Part shown: in pieces, positions 49,401-59,442 of the stretch
Layout: the number at the start of each line of letters is the position of its first letter
Numbering within the stretch: the first letter of the stretch is position 1
Virus record (IMG/VR): IMGVR_UViG_3300028886_000034
Coordinates: 182,081-246,080 of that record
From: a virus
Lineage: Duplodnaviria; Heunggongvirae; Uroviricota; Caudoviricetes
Reading direction: 5' to 3' (one strand)
DNA: 64,000 nt
Translations under genes and position numbers: made by a program
The notes under the pieces: model-generated
What the model saw: the letters and a program-made list of their open reading frames with translations, nothing else
What the model was told of the DNA's origin: nothing
Database searches by the model: none

Positions 49401-49847
49401 ACAATTAGTGCAGCTAATCCAGATTTAAGTAATTATGTAACTAGTGCAGATTTAAGTGGATATGCTTTAGCTAATCATACCCACAGTGAATATGCTACTC
49501 ACGCTGATGTTAATAATAGATTTGGAATTGCAGTTGAAAAAGTAAATACTTTAACTTCTTCATCATCTATTACTATTGATCCTACTCAAGGGTCTATATT
49601 TACTTTAACTTTAGACACTAATACAACTATAAGTCTTAGCTCTATTAGTAATGGGTATTATACTACTAATGGCTCTTGCATTACTCTTATGATGCCAAGC
49701 AATAGTTATACAGTATCTTGGAGTAGTAATATTACTTGGATTGATGGCGCTGCTCCAGACTTAAGTACTGGATACAATATAATTACATTTATTACACCTA
49801 ATGGGGGCATCACATGGTATGGTGATGCCTTACAAATTGAATCTTAA
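46416..49847 (+). CDS. long modular tail-fibre-like protein
   Basis: ATTAY/FV repeats, LNTLNKLANAIGNDPSFA, YLPLAGG, two VYRDG modules; C-terminus paralogous to 6063 gene. Confidence 0.85.
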   Translation: MIEKHNLLDTAITKDFHERILTIDDTNDTAVLNKLPVANEYGYLDNSWLQDYSSYKIIDLGKVSSDYMTSLNETEYIIVMTLDSPSLDVLLFGASKNTPYNRALVYRFLIFNPNGYTLNWISNVEDSTIIWNTYSETAPTLDKNGTYVEFISTDDGKTWYGNSSARTAYDIVNNYYTKTESDDRFVNVTGDTMTGTLTIEGSHNSATSRGLIIKGDNQSHAFMVQDTSFNKGTAPDSYKTVEGVVTFANNGQLGSLYSYVTPQNKNSTVLRAHSTLNNDSNDNNYIAVSIESDGSKSTYAFTPATDDRSNNIATTEFVGNHFDTYVEHWLVPDMTSTTNAKILSNDGYDSVWVDYKKLRYVYYPSTSTTAITVPASYRTDAVITEVYRDGVLLTESDDYVLDQSTGRITFKDIIFSNEKIIVTTETAVKAHSNSVYDNVTITNSSASTPDVSDNSSKIATTAYVNNLISALNIESGSGSGSSSGSISTVSPHFTGVPTAPTAAVGSNTNQIATTAFVNKAIEEYALNAFDSITITGVSTAPTANVGTNTEQIANTAFVTRAINNVIDNAPSSLNTLNKLANAIGNDPSFASTINTSLAGKLNTGITTEGSGNAITSITEDSSGNVTAHKGLTFSLSSHTHDNDYMPKLTDSIGSSNTPVYVNNSGSLEAFDISLGSDIKHVYFNNGSVTESTAMVGSDTSPIYINNGEFTVSNATVGSNDTPIYFDNGVITSTNKSFSDYLPLAGGTLNGELTLNDGLIINDNDTDTQLIFNSDSIQAVSGGNNSDLYLNEDGGAVHIGSQDNAEVTIENGVITASSFVGNIDGTSEKASMDSEGNVISTTYAPLVSPVLTGTPTAPTPGAGDNSSKIATTAYVDSAINAYLDDINEFKISSIHYPNTGDTTITLTESQSIPNNVAKYAIAVYRDGIYLNSDVDYVFDHETNTFTFLKEFGLDEIVSILFTYMSNDTQPTIDIDVDEYEAGSNITFTKNPTTNKITISAANPDLSNYVTSADLSGYALANHTHSEYATHADVNNRFGIAVEKVNTLTSSSSITIDPTQGSIFTLTLDTNTTISLSSISNGYYTTNGSCITLMMPSNSYTVSWSSNITWIDGAAPDLSTGYNIITFITPNGGITWYGDALQIES

Positions 49848-49867
49848 AGAAAGGATAGGTGAAAGCA

Positions 49868-51214
49868 TTGGCTAATCAAAAAACTAGGGTCGCTTTAGAA
49901 ATGATTGACCCTAAACCTATGTCTGAAGAAGATATTGTAAATAATTATGCTCCTTTAAGCTCACCTGCTCTTACTGGAACTCCGACTGCTCCTACTGCTA
50001 ATCAAAATAATAATTCTGATCAAATTGCTACAACTAAGTTTGTAAAAACTGCTGTTTCTGATTTAATTAACTCTGCTCCTTCTACTTTAGATACTTTAAA
50101 TGAATTAGCAACCGCTTTAGGTAATGACCCCGATTTTGCTACTACAGTATCTAATCAGATTGGACAAAAGTTAGATACTAATAGTGCTAATTATGTTAAA
50201 TCCTTAAGTATTAATGGAAGGAATATTACTGTAACTAAAGGTAATAATACTACCCAAACATTAACTACTCAGGATACTCATTATACCGCTAATTTAGTTG
50301 TAGGTACTTCTAATACCTCTACTGCTAATGCCACCACTACTAATAACAATACTTATTTAAATACTGTTGAAAATGGATCTAAAAGTGGATCTGTAAAAAT
50401 TACTGGATCAGGCGCTACTACAGTTTCTGCCGCTGGTGGTACCGTCACTATTAATAGCTCAGATACACATTCTACAACTCATCTATATGCAGGTAGTGGT
50501 TCAAATTCTAATGCTGCAACTACTAATGGTAATACCAAATTAACTGTAACTGATAATTCTACAGTTAGAAATTCTATTACTATTAAAGGTACTGGAGCAA
50601 CTACTGTAACTTCTAATGCAAGTGGTGTAGTTACTATCAATAGTACTAATACTGTATATACCCACCCAGCTTATACAGCGAGAACTGGTAAGCCTACTGC
50701 AAATGCTACTCCAGCTTTTGGTGGTACTTTTACTATATCTCAAATTACTAGCGATGCTACTGGTCATGTTACTAATGCTACTGATAGAACAGTTAAAATT
50801 CCTAGTACTTTATCATCTACTTCAGCAGCAGGACTTTTACCTAAATTAGATGGTAGTACTACCAAGTATTTAAGAGCAGATGGCACTTGGCAAATTCCTC
50901 CAAAACCAACTTCTGTAGATACTGCAACTAAATTAGCTACAGCTAGAACTATAGCAATTCGAAACTGGACTGCATCTTGGAAAAATGGCGCTAGCGTAAA
51001 TACAAGTACTACATCAGCTTCAACTACTTTTGACGGATCTGGAAATGCATATTTAGATATCGGGTGTAAATCAGGTTGTTCCGGAAGTTGTATTTCTTCA
51101 TGTAGCGCAAATTGTAGTTCTGGATGTTCAGGGTCATGTAGTTATGATTGCGGCGGTTCTTGCGGAAGTAGCTGTAGTGGTAACTCTAGTGGGGATTGCT
51201 GCGATGGTAATTAA
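49868..51214 (+). CDS. tail-fibre-like protein with C-terminal CXXX-repeat tail
   Basis: PTAPTA..ATTKFV, TLDTLNELATALGNDPDFATT, YLRADGTW, ATKLATARTI..FDGSGN, then 12-Cys tail; TTG start after GGTGA. Confidence 0.85.
   Translation: MANQKTRVALEMIDPKPMSEEDIVNNYAPLSSPALTGTPTAPTANQNNNSDQIATTKFVKTAVSDLINSAPSTLDTLNELATALGNDPDFATTVSNQIGQKLDTNSANYVKSLSINGRNITVTKGNNTTQTLTTQDTHYTANLVVGTSNTSTANATTTNNNTYLNTVENGSKSGSVKITGSGATTVSAAGGTVTINSSDTHSTTHLYAGSGSNSNAATTNGNTKLTVTDNSTVRNSITIKGTGATTVTSNASGVVTINSTNTVYTHPAYTARTGKPTANATPAFGGTFTISQITSDATGHVTNATDRTVKIPSTLSSTSAAGLLPKLDGSTTKYLRADGTWQIPPKPTSVDTATKLATARTIAIRNWTASWKNGASVNTSTTSASTTFDGSGNAYLDIGCKSGCSGSCISSCSANCSSGCSGSCSYDCGGSCGSSCSGNSSGDCCDGN
51065..51205 (+). 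repeat. (CXXX)10 Cys/Ser/Gly repeat
   Basis: CKSGCSGSCISSCSANCSSGCSGSCSYDCGGSCGSSCSGNSSGDCC. Confidence 0.95.
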
Positions 51215-51267
51215 TTTATTGGGAGGTGACTATATCGTAGCTGTCTAACCGATTGCTATGTTAAATT

Positions 51268-51993
51268 ATGATCGAAAATTTTATTTTTACGCCAATTAGT
51301 AAAACTACTGAAGGGGTTAAACTCGCTCTACAGAATGGTACAGCTTTAATAACTAACCGAGAACTTTTTAGCATTGATTGGAATAATTTCAATGAAATAG
51401 TCCCCGGGATATTTGTCGATAAGGACTTAATAAATGATTTTACTCCAGAGTATTTTAATACTTCTATAGTTGGTAAAAAGGCTGCTGCTCCACATAACGC
51501 ATTATATATTGGCCTTCCATGTAATAATAAGATAAAAGTCTATGAGCCTGATGTAGAATTTTATGGCAAAGACAACACTTTATATAGAGAGTCAAATCTT
51601 GTATATCATAAAATAGATTTTGATACAGAAACAACTATTGGTGAGTTATATAAAAATGCTTGGAAGTATTCATATACTAAAACTTGGTATTCTAAATTAA
51701 GTGAAAAGAAAAGTTTACAGCAGCTTTTGAAGCCACTTTTAGCTAAAAAGATATTTAGACTGTATGGGTATCCTTCCGACAGATTAGCTGATTATGGAAG
51801 AATTATACTTTTCTTATTATCAAAAGTTTCTTTAACCGATGATGAAAGGGATAAATTAAGTGTTTTACTAGATAATGCACCATCTATCGACGATATCTCT
51901 GATGTAATTGATAGAGAGTCTGGATTACAAAGCTTTGTAAATAAAGTTAAAGAAGATCCCTTAACATTTCTTAATAATGGATTTGTTGACTAA
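51268..51993 (+). CDS. hypothetical protein between CXXX fibre and radical SAM gene
   Basis: 241 aa, co-oriented, short intergenic gaps. Confidence 0.75.
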   Translation: MIENFIFTPISKTTEGVKLALQNGTALITNRELFSIDWNNFNEIVPGIFVDKDLINDFTPEYFNTSIVGKKAAAPHNALYIGLPCNNKIKVYEPDVEFYGKDNTLYRESNLVYHKIDFDTETTIGELYKNAWKYSYTKTWYSKLSEKKSLQQLLKPLLAKKIFRLYGYPSDRLADYGRIILFLLSKVSLTDDERDKLSVLLDNAPSIDDISDVIDRESGLQSFVNKVKEDPLTFLNNGFVD

Positions 51994-52010
51994 AAGAAAG
52001 GACGATTTGA

Positions 52011-54071
52011 TTGAAGCAATACGATGCTTTAAATTTTGTAAGTGATAATACCTTAGTAATATATGTAACTGGTAAATGTAACTTTAACTGTTCATTTTGT
52101 CAAAATAACTTCTTTATGCCTGAAGTAGATAACTGGACTCACGAATCTACTGTAAAGCTTAAAGAAGTTCTAACAGATATCCATTTTAGTAAAGTTTGTT
52201 TAAGTGGAGGAGAACCTACACTTAATGTAGATTCGTTTAAAGAAATTATATCAACTATACGAGAAATTAGTCCAGATTCTAAAATTGTCACACATACAAA
52301 TGGAAGTATGCTTGACGACGATTTAGTTAAGTTTTGTGAAGATAATGAGGTATATTTAAATATCTCTGTAAGATTAAAAGGAGAAAAGGATCTTGATAAT
52401 CTTATTAAGCATTCTAAGGTTAAAGATCGTATAGTTAAATTAATTAAAAATATTAAAAATAAGGCAATTGCTTTTGTCTTTAATAAGGGAGAAGAATTTG
52501 CATCTGAGGCGATTTTATTGCATGAAATGTTTGATGCAAATATTAGATTAGTAAGTAACAACCAAGAATGGAATACTTATACAGATAACGAAGTAGCCTG
52601 GATGGAATCAGAATGGAACAAAATTAAAGAGTATGATCCGGAAGCATTTGATACCTGGTGCTTAATTACTCAATTTAGTTATAAAGAACGAAGTGTATCA
52701 TACTTTTATCAATTAAAAGGTAATAAATTGTTCAAAGTTCATGATTATCCATATAGTGAAAATGAACAATACATCCGTAAGATGGAACCTAATATGAAAC
52801 GAAAGTTAGATTGGACTGCTAGCAAATTTATTCCAGACAATTTACATAAGGCAATTCTTACTAATATTGAAAGTAAAAATTATATGATTATGACCGGTTT
52901 AGATTGTAATCTAAGATGTAAATACTGTTACGAGCATAGTAAAGAACCTACATCTAAGGCGGACATTCAAAAAGCTAAAATATTTTTAGATAATGTGTTT
53001 GAAAGGGATTTTGGTTCTCCTAATAGTAATAAGTTTGTTCATATAGTGTTAGATTTTATTGGTGGAGAACCTACCTTACACCCACAATTTATTGAAGAAT
53101 GTATTGATTATGCACTAACTCTTTTTAAAAAGTATCAGGTATTTAAAATGGGTGTGACTTTCTCTACTAATGGTACATTATTTTTTACTGAAGGAATGAA
53201 ACATCTTTTAGATAAATACGGCTATATGTTACACATAGGATTTAGTATAGATGGTATTAAAGAGGTACATGATGCAGCTAGAGTTGATATAAATGGAAAC
53301 GGGACATATGATAGAGCTGTTGAAGGATTAAGATACATTCAAAAGAATTATCCATATATTCCAGTTTCAGTTAAGGCCACATTTACACATCAAACCATGC
53401 GTCAATATGGAGATTCTATTATAAATCTTATACAGCTTGGCTTTAAACATATTGCTGCGAATGTTGTATTTGAAGAAACCTTTACTGATGAGGACACAGA
53501 AATATTACTGCCAGAATTTGCGAAAATTGTTGATTATATGGTAGATAACGACTTATATGAGACAGTAGAATTTTTTCAATTAGACAACTTTAGAGTGCCT
53601 CCTTTAAGTTATACTCCAGTAAACGAATATACTAAAGAAAGTAACTGGTGTGGAGCTGGAACATATATTAATTGCCTTGGAACTGACGGTAAAGTATACC
53701 CGTGTATGCGATTCTGTACTATGACTAATCCATTAAATATGGGGTATATTGATGTAGAAAACAAAACCATAGTTAGGGAAAATCAAGAGTTATTTGATGA
53801 TATAAAATCTCAGTATAAAAGATGGCCCGAAGAATGTTTAAAATGCCCCATATTAAACCATTGTTCTTCCTGTGCTGCATTGCCATATGAAACATTCCCA
53901 AATGATAAGAATGCCGTTGAAAAGTACTTTAATTTAAAAAGACGATGCGGATGGGCTAATGCTATAGTAAGTGCTAGAGTATACTTTGCTGAAAGAGTTA
54001 GGGCTTTAAATGGTCTCCCACCTTTAATGATTTATCCAGATGAACAAGATACTAGTGCTATTACTGATTAA
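52011..54071 (+). CDS. tandem radical SAM protein with C-terminal SPASM domain (CXXX-repeat peptide maturase-like)
   Basis: CNFNCSFC+GGEP; CNLRCKYC+GGEP; SIDG..HD..R..G.GTY; WCGAG..DGKVYPCMRF..CLKC..CSSC..C. Confidence 0.92.
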   Translation: MKQYDALNFVSDNTLVIYVTGKCNFNCSFCQNNFFMPEVDNWTHESTVKLKEVLTDIHFSKVCLSGGEPTLNVDSFKEIISTIREISPDSKIVTHTNGSMLDDDLVKFCEDNEVYLNISVRLKGEKDLDNLIKHSKVKDRIVKLIKNIKNKAIAFVFNKGEEFASEAILLHEMFDANIRLVSNNQEWNTYTDNEVAWMESEWNKIKEYDPEAFDTWCLITQFSYKERSVSYFYQLKGNKLFKVHDYPYSENEQYIRKMEPNMKRKLDWTASKFIPDNLHKAILTNIESKNYMIMTGLDCNLRCKYCYEHSKEPTSKADIQKAKIFLDNVFERDFGSPNSNKFVHIVLDFIGGEPTLHPQFIEECIDYALTLFKKYQVFKMGVTFSTNGTLFFTEGMKHLLDKYGYMLHIGFSIDGIKEVHDAARVDINGNGTYDRAVEGLRYIQKNYPYIPVSVKATFTHQTMRQYGDSIINLIQLGFKHIAANVVFEETFTDEDTEILLPEFAKIVDYMVDNDLYETVEFFQLDNFRVPPLSYTPVNEYTKESNWCGAGTYINCLGTDGKVYPCMRFCTMTNPLNMGYIDVENKTIVRENQELFDDIKSQYKRWPEECLKCPILNHCSSCAALPYETFPNDKNAVEKYFNLKRRCGWANAIVSARVYFAERVRALNGLPPLMIYPDEQDTSAITD

Positions 54072-54111
54072 AAGTAGTAGCACTTCACATTTTATAAAGG
54101 AGGTGTAACAT

Positions 54112-56583
54112 TTGCCTGAACAGAAATCAAATCATATCTATTCAAATAATCCTAGTATAATAGAACCTATATATCCTAAAGAAGAACTTATATCTGATGA
54201 ATATGTGCAGAATATCTTGACCTCTGATATGGTAGCTGACCTACCAACTCCATATAAGATTCCTGTATCAAATGCACAAGGTAAAATTGATCCTAACTGG
54301 TTATCAGATAATATTGCAACAACTACTTTACCGGTAGCTTCAGATGATATTGCAGGAGATAAAGATAATAATACAACCGTTATGACTCCTCATAGTACTT
54401 ATATAAGTATTACGAAGAATGTTAAGGATGCATCTACTACTCAAAAGGGAATAGTTCAATTAACTTCTAGATTAGATTCAGCAACTTTATTAAAAGATGA
54501 TCTGGCAATTACACCTAAAGCATTAAAAGAGTATTTAAATGACGGGTTTGCAATAGCTGATTATTCAGTTCCAGGTATTACTAAATTTGCTGAAATATCT
54601 ACTCTTAATGCCGCTTTAAGTGCATCTAAAACATCTACTAATTCTGCATTAAGATCTAATGAGAATTATAGTAAATTAGCTGTAAACCCATATACATTAT
54701 ACAGGTATATTTCAGACAATAACCTTACCTTAAATAGTGATGCAAATATTATCTTTAGAAAAAGAACTGAAAATGGTTCTTCTGCTACTTCGGAAGATAT
54801 TGCTAAAATTACTGTAAATAGACCGGCTTCTTCTACAAGTACTTCTGCATTAAAAGCTACAGTTAAAAATAAAACCGCTACTCTTTTAAGCGTAAGTAGT
54901 GATGGAAATACTGTTAGTTCAAGTTTTCCCGGAACAGTTACAGTAGATAATATTAAAATTGGTTCTACGGATATTGGTTCAAACAGTATCCCAGTCTATA
55001 TTAAAAAAGGTGTAATATCGCCATGTACTGATATTGTATCATCAATACAAAGTGCTATTGATAATGCCCCGTACTTACCATTGGCTGGTGGAACTGTAAC
55101 AGGACAAATAACTATAAATGGTACTCATAATGGCTTAAATAAAAGAGCTATTTTAATCACTGGTAATAATCAAAGTCATGCATTTGCTGTTCAAGATACT
55201 GGTTTAACTAAAGGTACTGCACCCTCTTCAACAAGAACTATTGAAGGTGTCGCTATGTATGGAAATGAAATGGATAGCAGTAATAAGCTTATTTCTGATT
55301 TCTATACTACAGTTGATGCTAGTAATACTACTAAAACTATTCTTAAAGCATTTAACGTATCTACTGCAACTAATCAAACTGGGTCTTCTTTAACATTAGT
55401 TGCTCAATCAGATGGAGCCAATTATGCTTCATTAAGTCAAACACCAGCTACTACAGATAACTCTACTAAAATTGCTACTACTGCGTATGTTAAAAATAAT
55501 TTAAGTAATTATTTGCCTTTAGCTGGAGGTACAATAACTGGAGCCATTTATAACAAAGATACTGGAGCTACAAAAGGAACAAAACCAACTTCAAATAGAT
55601 GGCAGTTGAATTATATGTATACCGATAAGAATAACGTTCTTTTTGGCGGGATGGAAAGAGGATATCTCTCAGACGGAACTAATAGAATAAATATGATCGT
55701 ATACCCGGGCACAACTAATAATACGGACACCAATGCACAAATTGGAGTCGGGTTTGATGGAAGTGGAAATTGGTTTACATATGCCCCAACTCCAGCAACT
55801 TCAGATGCTTCTACTAAAATAGCAACTACTGCATTTGTTAAAGCACAAGGGTATATACCGAGATATACAAATGTAAGCGAAATGGGTAGATATATAGATA
55901 TGCACTATGATAATTCTACTGCAAAATACGATTATGATGTTAGACTCTATGTTAATTCACAAGGTACTGCTGCTGGTAACGGCGAACTTAAGATCGCTGC
56001 ATCTAAGGTTACTGCTGGGACTTTTTCTGGTAACTTAACTGGTAATGTTAGTGGTACTTCATCTAATGTCACAGGAGTTGTTGCCATCAGACATGGTGGT
56101 ACTGGAGCTACATCTAGAACCGCTGCAGTAAGGGCCTTATTTGATGAAGGCGTAGAAGGAAGCGCAACACATCTTTTAGGAATTACTTCTGATTGGAGTA
56201 AATGCGGATATGTTTATAGAGATTCACTTAAATCTATTTTAGGCTTAGGGAATTATGCCACTACAGATTTTGTAAGATCTATGTTAAACACCCTATCAAA
56301 TACTAGCAGTATTAACATTAATATTAATGGAGTGCTATTACAGGGCGGTTTTAAGAAAGGCTCTGGATGGACTAATATACCTACGCCTATATCATCTTAT
56401 ATAACTGTAATAGCTACAAGTAGATCTAATGTAGGTAGATGGGATAAGGGTGGGTGTACTATTACTGAAATACTTCAAAATTCCGAGGGGAAATATTATC
56501 AATTTTACATATGCTGCGATCGTTATCAATCAGGTAGCCCATTTGATTGGGGTGCTTTCTGGTTAATTTTAGGCAGAGTTTAA
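54112..56583 (+). CDS. tail fibre protein
   Basis: ASTTQKGIVQL, YLPLAGG, ATTAY/FV repeats, VSEMGRYIDMH, HGGTGAT. Confidence 0.85.
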   Translation: MPEQKSNHIYSNNPSIIEPIYPKEELISDEYVQNILTSDMVADLPTPYKIPVSNAQGKIDPNWLSDNIATTTLPVASDDIAGDKDNNTTVMTPHSTYISITKNVKDASTTQKGIVQLTSRLDSATLLKDDLAITPKALKEYLNDGFAIADYSVPGITKFAEISTLNAALSASKTSTNSALRSNENYSKLAVNPYTLYRYISDNNLTLNSDANIIFRKRTENGSSATSEDIAKITVNRPASSTSTSALKATVKNKTATLLSVSSDGNTVSSSFPGTVTVDNIKIGSTDIGSNSIPVYIKKGVISPCTDIVSSIQSAIDNAPYLPLAGGTVTGQITINGTHNGLNKRAILITGNNQSHAFAVQDTGLTKGTAPSSTRTIEGVAMYGNEMDSSNKLISDFYTTVDASNTTKTILKAFNVSTATNQTGSSLTLVAQSDGANYASLSQTPATTDNSTKIATTAYVKNNLSNYLPLAGGTITGAIYNKDTGATKGTKPTSNRWQLNYMYTDKNNVLFGGMERGYLSDGTNRINMIVYPGTTNNTDTNAQIGVGFDGSGNWFTYAPTPATSDASTKIATTAFVKAQGYIPRYTNVSEMGRYIDMHYDNSTAKYDYDVRLYVNSQGTAAGNGELKIAASKVTAGTFSGNLTGNVSGTSSNVTGVVAIRHGGTGATSRTAAVRALFDEGVEGSATHLLGITSDWSKCGYVYRDSLKSILGLGNYATTDFVRSMLNTLSNTSSINININGVLLQGGFKKGSGWTNIPTPISSYITVIATSRSNVGRWDKGGCTITEILQNSEGKYYQFYICCDRYQSGSPFDWGAFWLILGRV

Positions 56584-56598
56584 AGGAGGTGACATCAA

Positions 56599-59427
56599 AT
56601 AGCTTTAATACCAAAATATAAAAAAGACAAGTCTTCTTGGAAACATCTTTTATCAGAAGCATATTTAGAAAAAGTTTTAACAGATGAAGATGTTATAAAA
56701 GAAGCAGAAGATCCAGGTACTGGTAGAAGTAATTATACTTATACTAATGGAGACTTGGATAATAAAGTAGTGATAACCAATGATTCAGGATTAGTAGATT
56801 ATTCTTTAATAGATATGACAGTTCAGGGTGGAGAAGGTTATGATAATTTATTAGTATCTACTAATGAGAATGGTTTAATAGACTATTCATTAATAGATAT
56901 GACAACAGGAAAAGCGGCTAATAAATTAGTTAAGACATTAAGCTCAGGATTAATTAACATTAATCTTTTACCTGCTTCAACTACAGGAGCAGTTAATACT
57001 ATACCTAAAACAACTTCATCTAGTTCAGTATTAAGTAATACTTGGTTAGACAAAACAGACGGTACTGATAATAATTTAGATAAAAATAAAGTAGTTGTAA
57101 CTGATTCTAATAAACAGATTAATAATAACTTATTGAATGCTACAGATGGTTCGTCTACTACTTTAGCCAATAATAAAGATAAAGTTGTTAAAACTAATTC
57201 GGAAGGCAAAATTAGTTATAACTTAATTAAAAATACTTCTGCTGGTGGCAGTAGTAATGCTAATACTTTAGTTAAATTAGATGCTAATGGGCTATTAGAT
57301 TCAAGTTTATTTAGATCAAATCAGTTTTTACCATTAACTGGTGGTATTACTACTGGTAATATCATCATTAATGGTGCTTCACCAGCATCTTCTACTGTAT
57401 CTTCAATAAATAGTACTACAGCGACTTTTACTGGCATAGATAACTTAAAAGCATCAATGCCATATTTTACTGGTATTAGTGGTAATAGTTATTCAGATGG
57501 ATTCCTTTTAGGAATGAATGGAAGCAGTAATACCAATAATTATTTGATGTTAGCTACTTATGATGAAGGTACTGAGCCTATCTATGTCAGGCAGTATATT
57601 GGTAATCCAGGTTATACCGGTTTAACTCAAAAAAATTCTATTACTTTAATGGATAAAGATGGATATACTTCGGTAAATAGATTAACCGTTACAAGCGACA
57701 TTGTTAGCTCTAATGGAGGTTTGCGTGTTGCAAATGATATAACTTCAACTGCAGGCAACTTATCTATTAATGGCTCATCACACTTAAATGGGCCTGTTAG
57801 AATTGAAGATGATTTAGTTGTAGCTAAAAATTTAGATCTAGTAGACGGTAATATTATAATTAATTCTAATACATCATATCCATCAGATCCAGTCAATCAA
57901 ACAAAACTTGCAGAAGAATTACCTAACTTTTCAGGGTTTAGTAGCTGCGCGTATACTGATGGATGCTTAATTGGGATGAATTTAGATGAAAACGCTGTTG
58001 AAGATACCGATACATATCTTTTAATTGCTACTTACGATAATGGTAATGAGCCGATTATATTCAGACAATATCAATCGTGGAATAAAACTGGCGATTCTAA
58101 ACAACATTTTAATAGCGGCAATATCCAACATGAACTAACATTAATGGATAAAGCTGGAAATACAACATTAAATGGTTTAACTGTTTCAGGTATCACTACG
58201 TTAAATGATAGGCTAATTGCTAATAAGGGTATAAACATCCCAGTTACTGGAGATAAGATAGGAAATTCTTCTAATGATGCAAATGCTCCATTAATTATTG
58301 GAAGTCAATCCGGCCTCCACTTATCATTTGATGAAAATGAAATTAGTGCCAGATCTAATGGTACTGGTGGTTCTAGCTCCCTAAATCTTAATCCAGATGG
58401 TGGATCCGTTGTTATAGGGAGCAATCAAGCAGCAACTAATAATGCGCCATTTACAGTATTTGGTGAAATTACTGCTAATAATGGTTTAGTTGTTAATAAT
58501 TCTCCAATAACAATTACTACAGGACAAACTGCTGAGTTAACTAGTGGTAAAGTTATCACACAGATTGAAGGATATTCCGGAGGCAATGATTGCTGGAGAA
58601 TTGGATCTGGAACTGTTCCTTATACCACATCTGGTTCAGATACGGGATATGGGTTCGTTGAACTTGCCGTTTCTGACGATGGCGCAGAAGACATCTATGT
58701 AAGGCAATATGGCGGTGGGCAAGTTAAAAATTGGGATTCCGCTACTATCAAAAATACTTTAACACTTCTTGACCGCTCCGGTAATACGGGGATACCACAC
58801 AACTTAACGGTTGGGGGAACGTTAACTGTAAGTAGTACTGGCAATTCTTCTTTTGCTGGAAAAGTTACTACTGGTTCTTTTAAGACTGGTGCTATTGAAA
58901 GTTCAAGTATTACTAATACTGGTGCATTAGTTAACAATGGTTCAGTTTCTGTGGGTGGAGCATTAACTGTTAACAATAACATTACCGCTAATAATAAAAC
59001 TGTAACAGCTGGAAATTTTAATGGTAAATGGTCTGGGTTTACACAGCAAATAAGCACGAAACCGCCAATAGCTAACGATACTTGGATTCTACTTAATAAT
59101 AATTCTAATATTCAGCACACCACTGTAGGAGATATCGCTAACGTTATAAAAGATACCGTTGGAGTTTCCGATTCCGGCACATATTATACAAAACTCAGTA
59201 ACGGTTTAAAAATACAATGGGGATCCGGGATTGAGAAAGGATCTGACCAAATAATTTCCTTCCCTATCGCATTTCTCAATACGAACTATCAAGTAGTAAT
59301 TTCTGCTACTGCATCATATGGTGGCGCAGACCCGACATATGTTAAATCGAAAACAACTACTGGGTTTTACGCAAGTAACGATTATTGGGACAATATGCGC
59401 ATCTATTGGATTGCAGTTGGGTATTAG
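56599..59427 (+). CDS. tail fibre protein
   Basis: Frame open from ATA 56599 after GGAGGTGA; three ATYDxGxEPIYVRQY-type modules; C-terminal TKLSNGLKIQWG..FPIAF..WIAVGY. Confidence 0.85.
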   Translation: MALIPKYKKDKSSWKHLLSEAYLEKVLTDEDVIKEAEDPGTGRSNYTYTNGDLDNKVVITNDSGLVDYSLIDMTVQGGEGYDNLLVSTNENGLIDYSLIDMTTGKAANKLVKTLSSGLININLLPASTTGAVNTIPKTTSSSSVLSNTWLDKTDGTDNNLDKNKVVVTDSNKQINNNLLNATDGSSTTLANNKDKVVKTNSEGKISYNLIKNTSAGGSSNANTLVKLDANGLLDSSLFRSNQFLPLTGGITTGNIIINGASPASSTVSSINSTTATFTGIDNLKASMPYFTGISGNSYSDGFLLGMNGSSNTNNYLMLATYDEGTEPIYVRQYIGNPGYTGLTQKNSITLMDKDGYTSVNRLTVTSDIVSSNGGLRVANDITSTAGNLSINGSSHLNGPVRIEDDLVVAKNLDLVDGNIIINSNTSYPSDPVNQTKLAEELPNFSGFSSCAYTDGCLIGMNLDENAVEDTDTYLLIATYDNGNEPIIFRQYQSWNKTGDSKQHFNSGNIQHELTLMDKAGNTTLNGLTVSGITTLNDRLIANKGINIPVTGDKIGNSSNDANAPLIIGSQSGLHLSFDENEISARSNGTGGSSSLNLNPDGGSVVIGSNQAATNNAPFTVFGEITANNGLVVNNSPITITTGQTAELTSGKVITQIEGYSGGNDCWRIGSGTVPYTTSGSDTGYGFVELAVSDDGAEDIYVRQYGGGQVKNWDSATIKNTLTLLDRSGNTGIPHNLTVGGTLTVSSTGNSSFAGKVTTGSFKTGAIESSSITNTGALVNNGSVSVGGALTVNNNITANNKTVTAGNFNGKWSGFTQQISTKPPIANDTWILLNNNSNIQHTTVGDIANVIKDTVGVSDSGTYYTKLSNGLKIQWGSGIEKGSDQIISFPIAFLNTNYQVVISATASYGGADPTYVKSKTTTGFYASNDYWDNMRIYWIAVGY

Positions 59428-59442
59428 GTTTGGTGATAACAA

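Noticed and set aside
51221-51271. GGAGGTGA followed by short CxxxC frame (YRSCLTDCYVKL)
   Set aside because: No convincing start codon; too short to support
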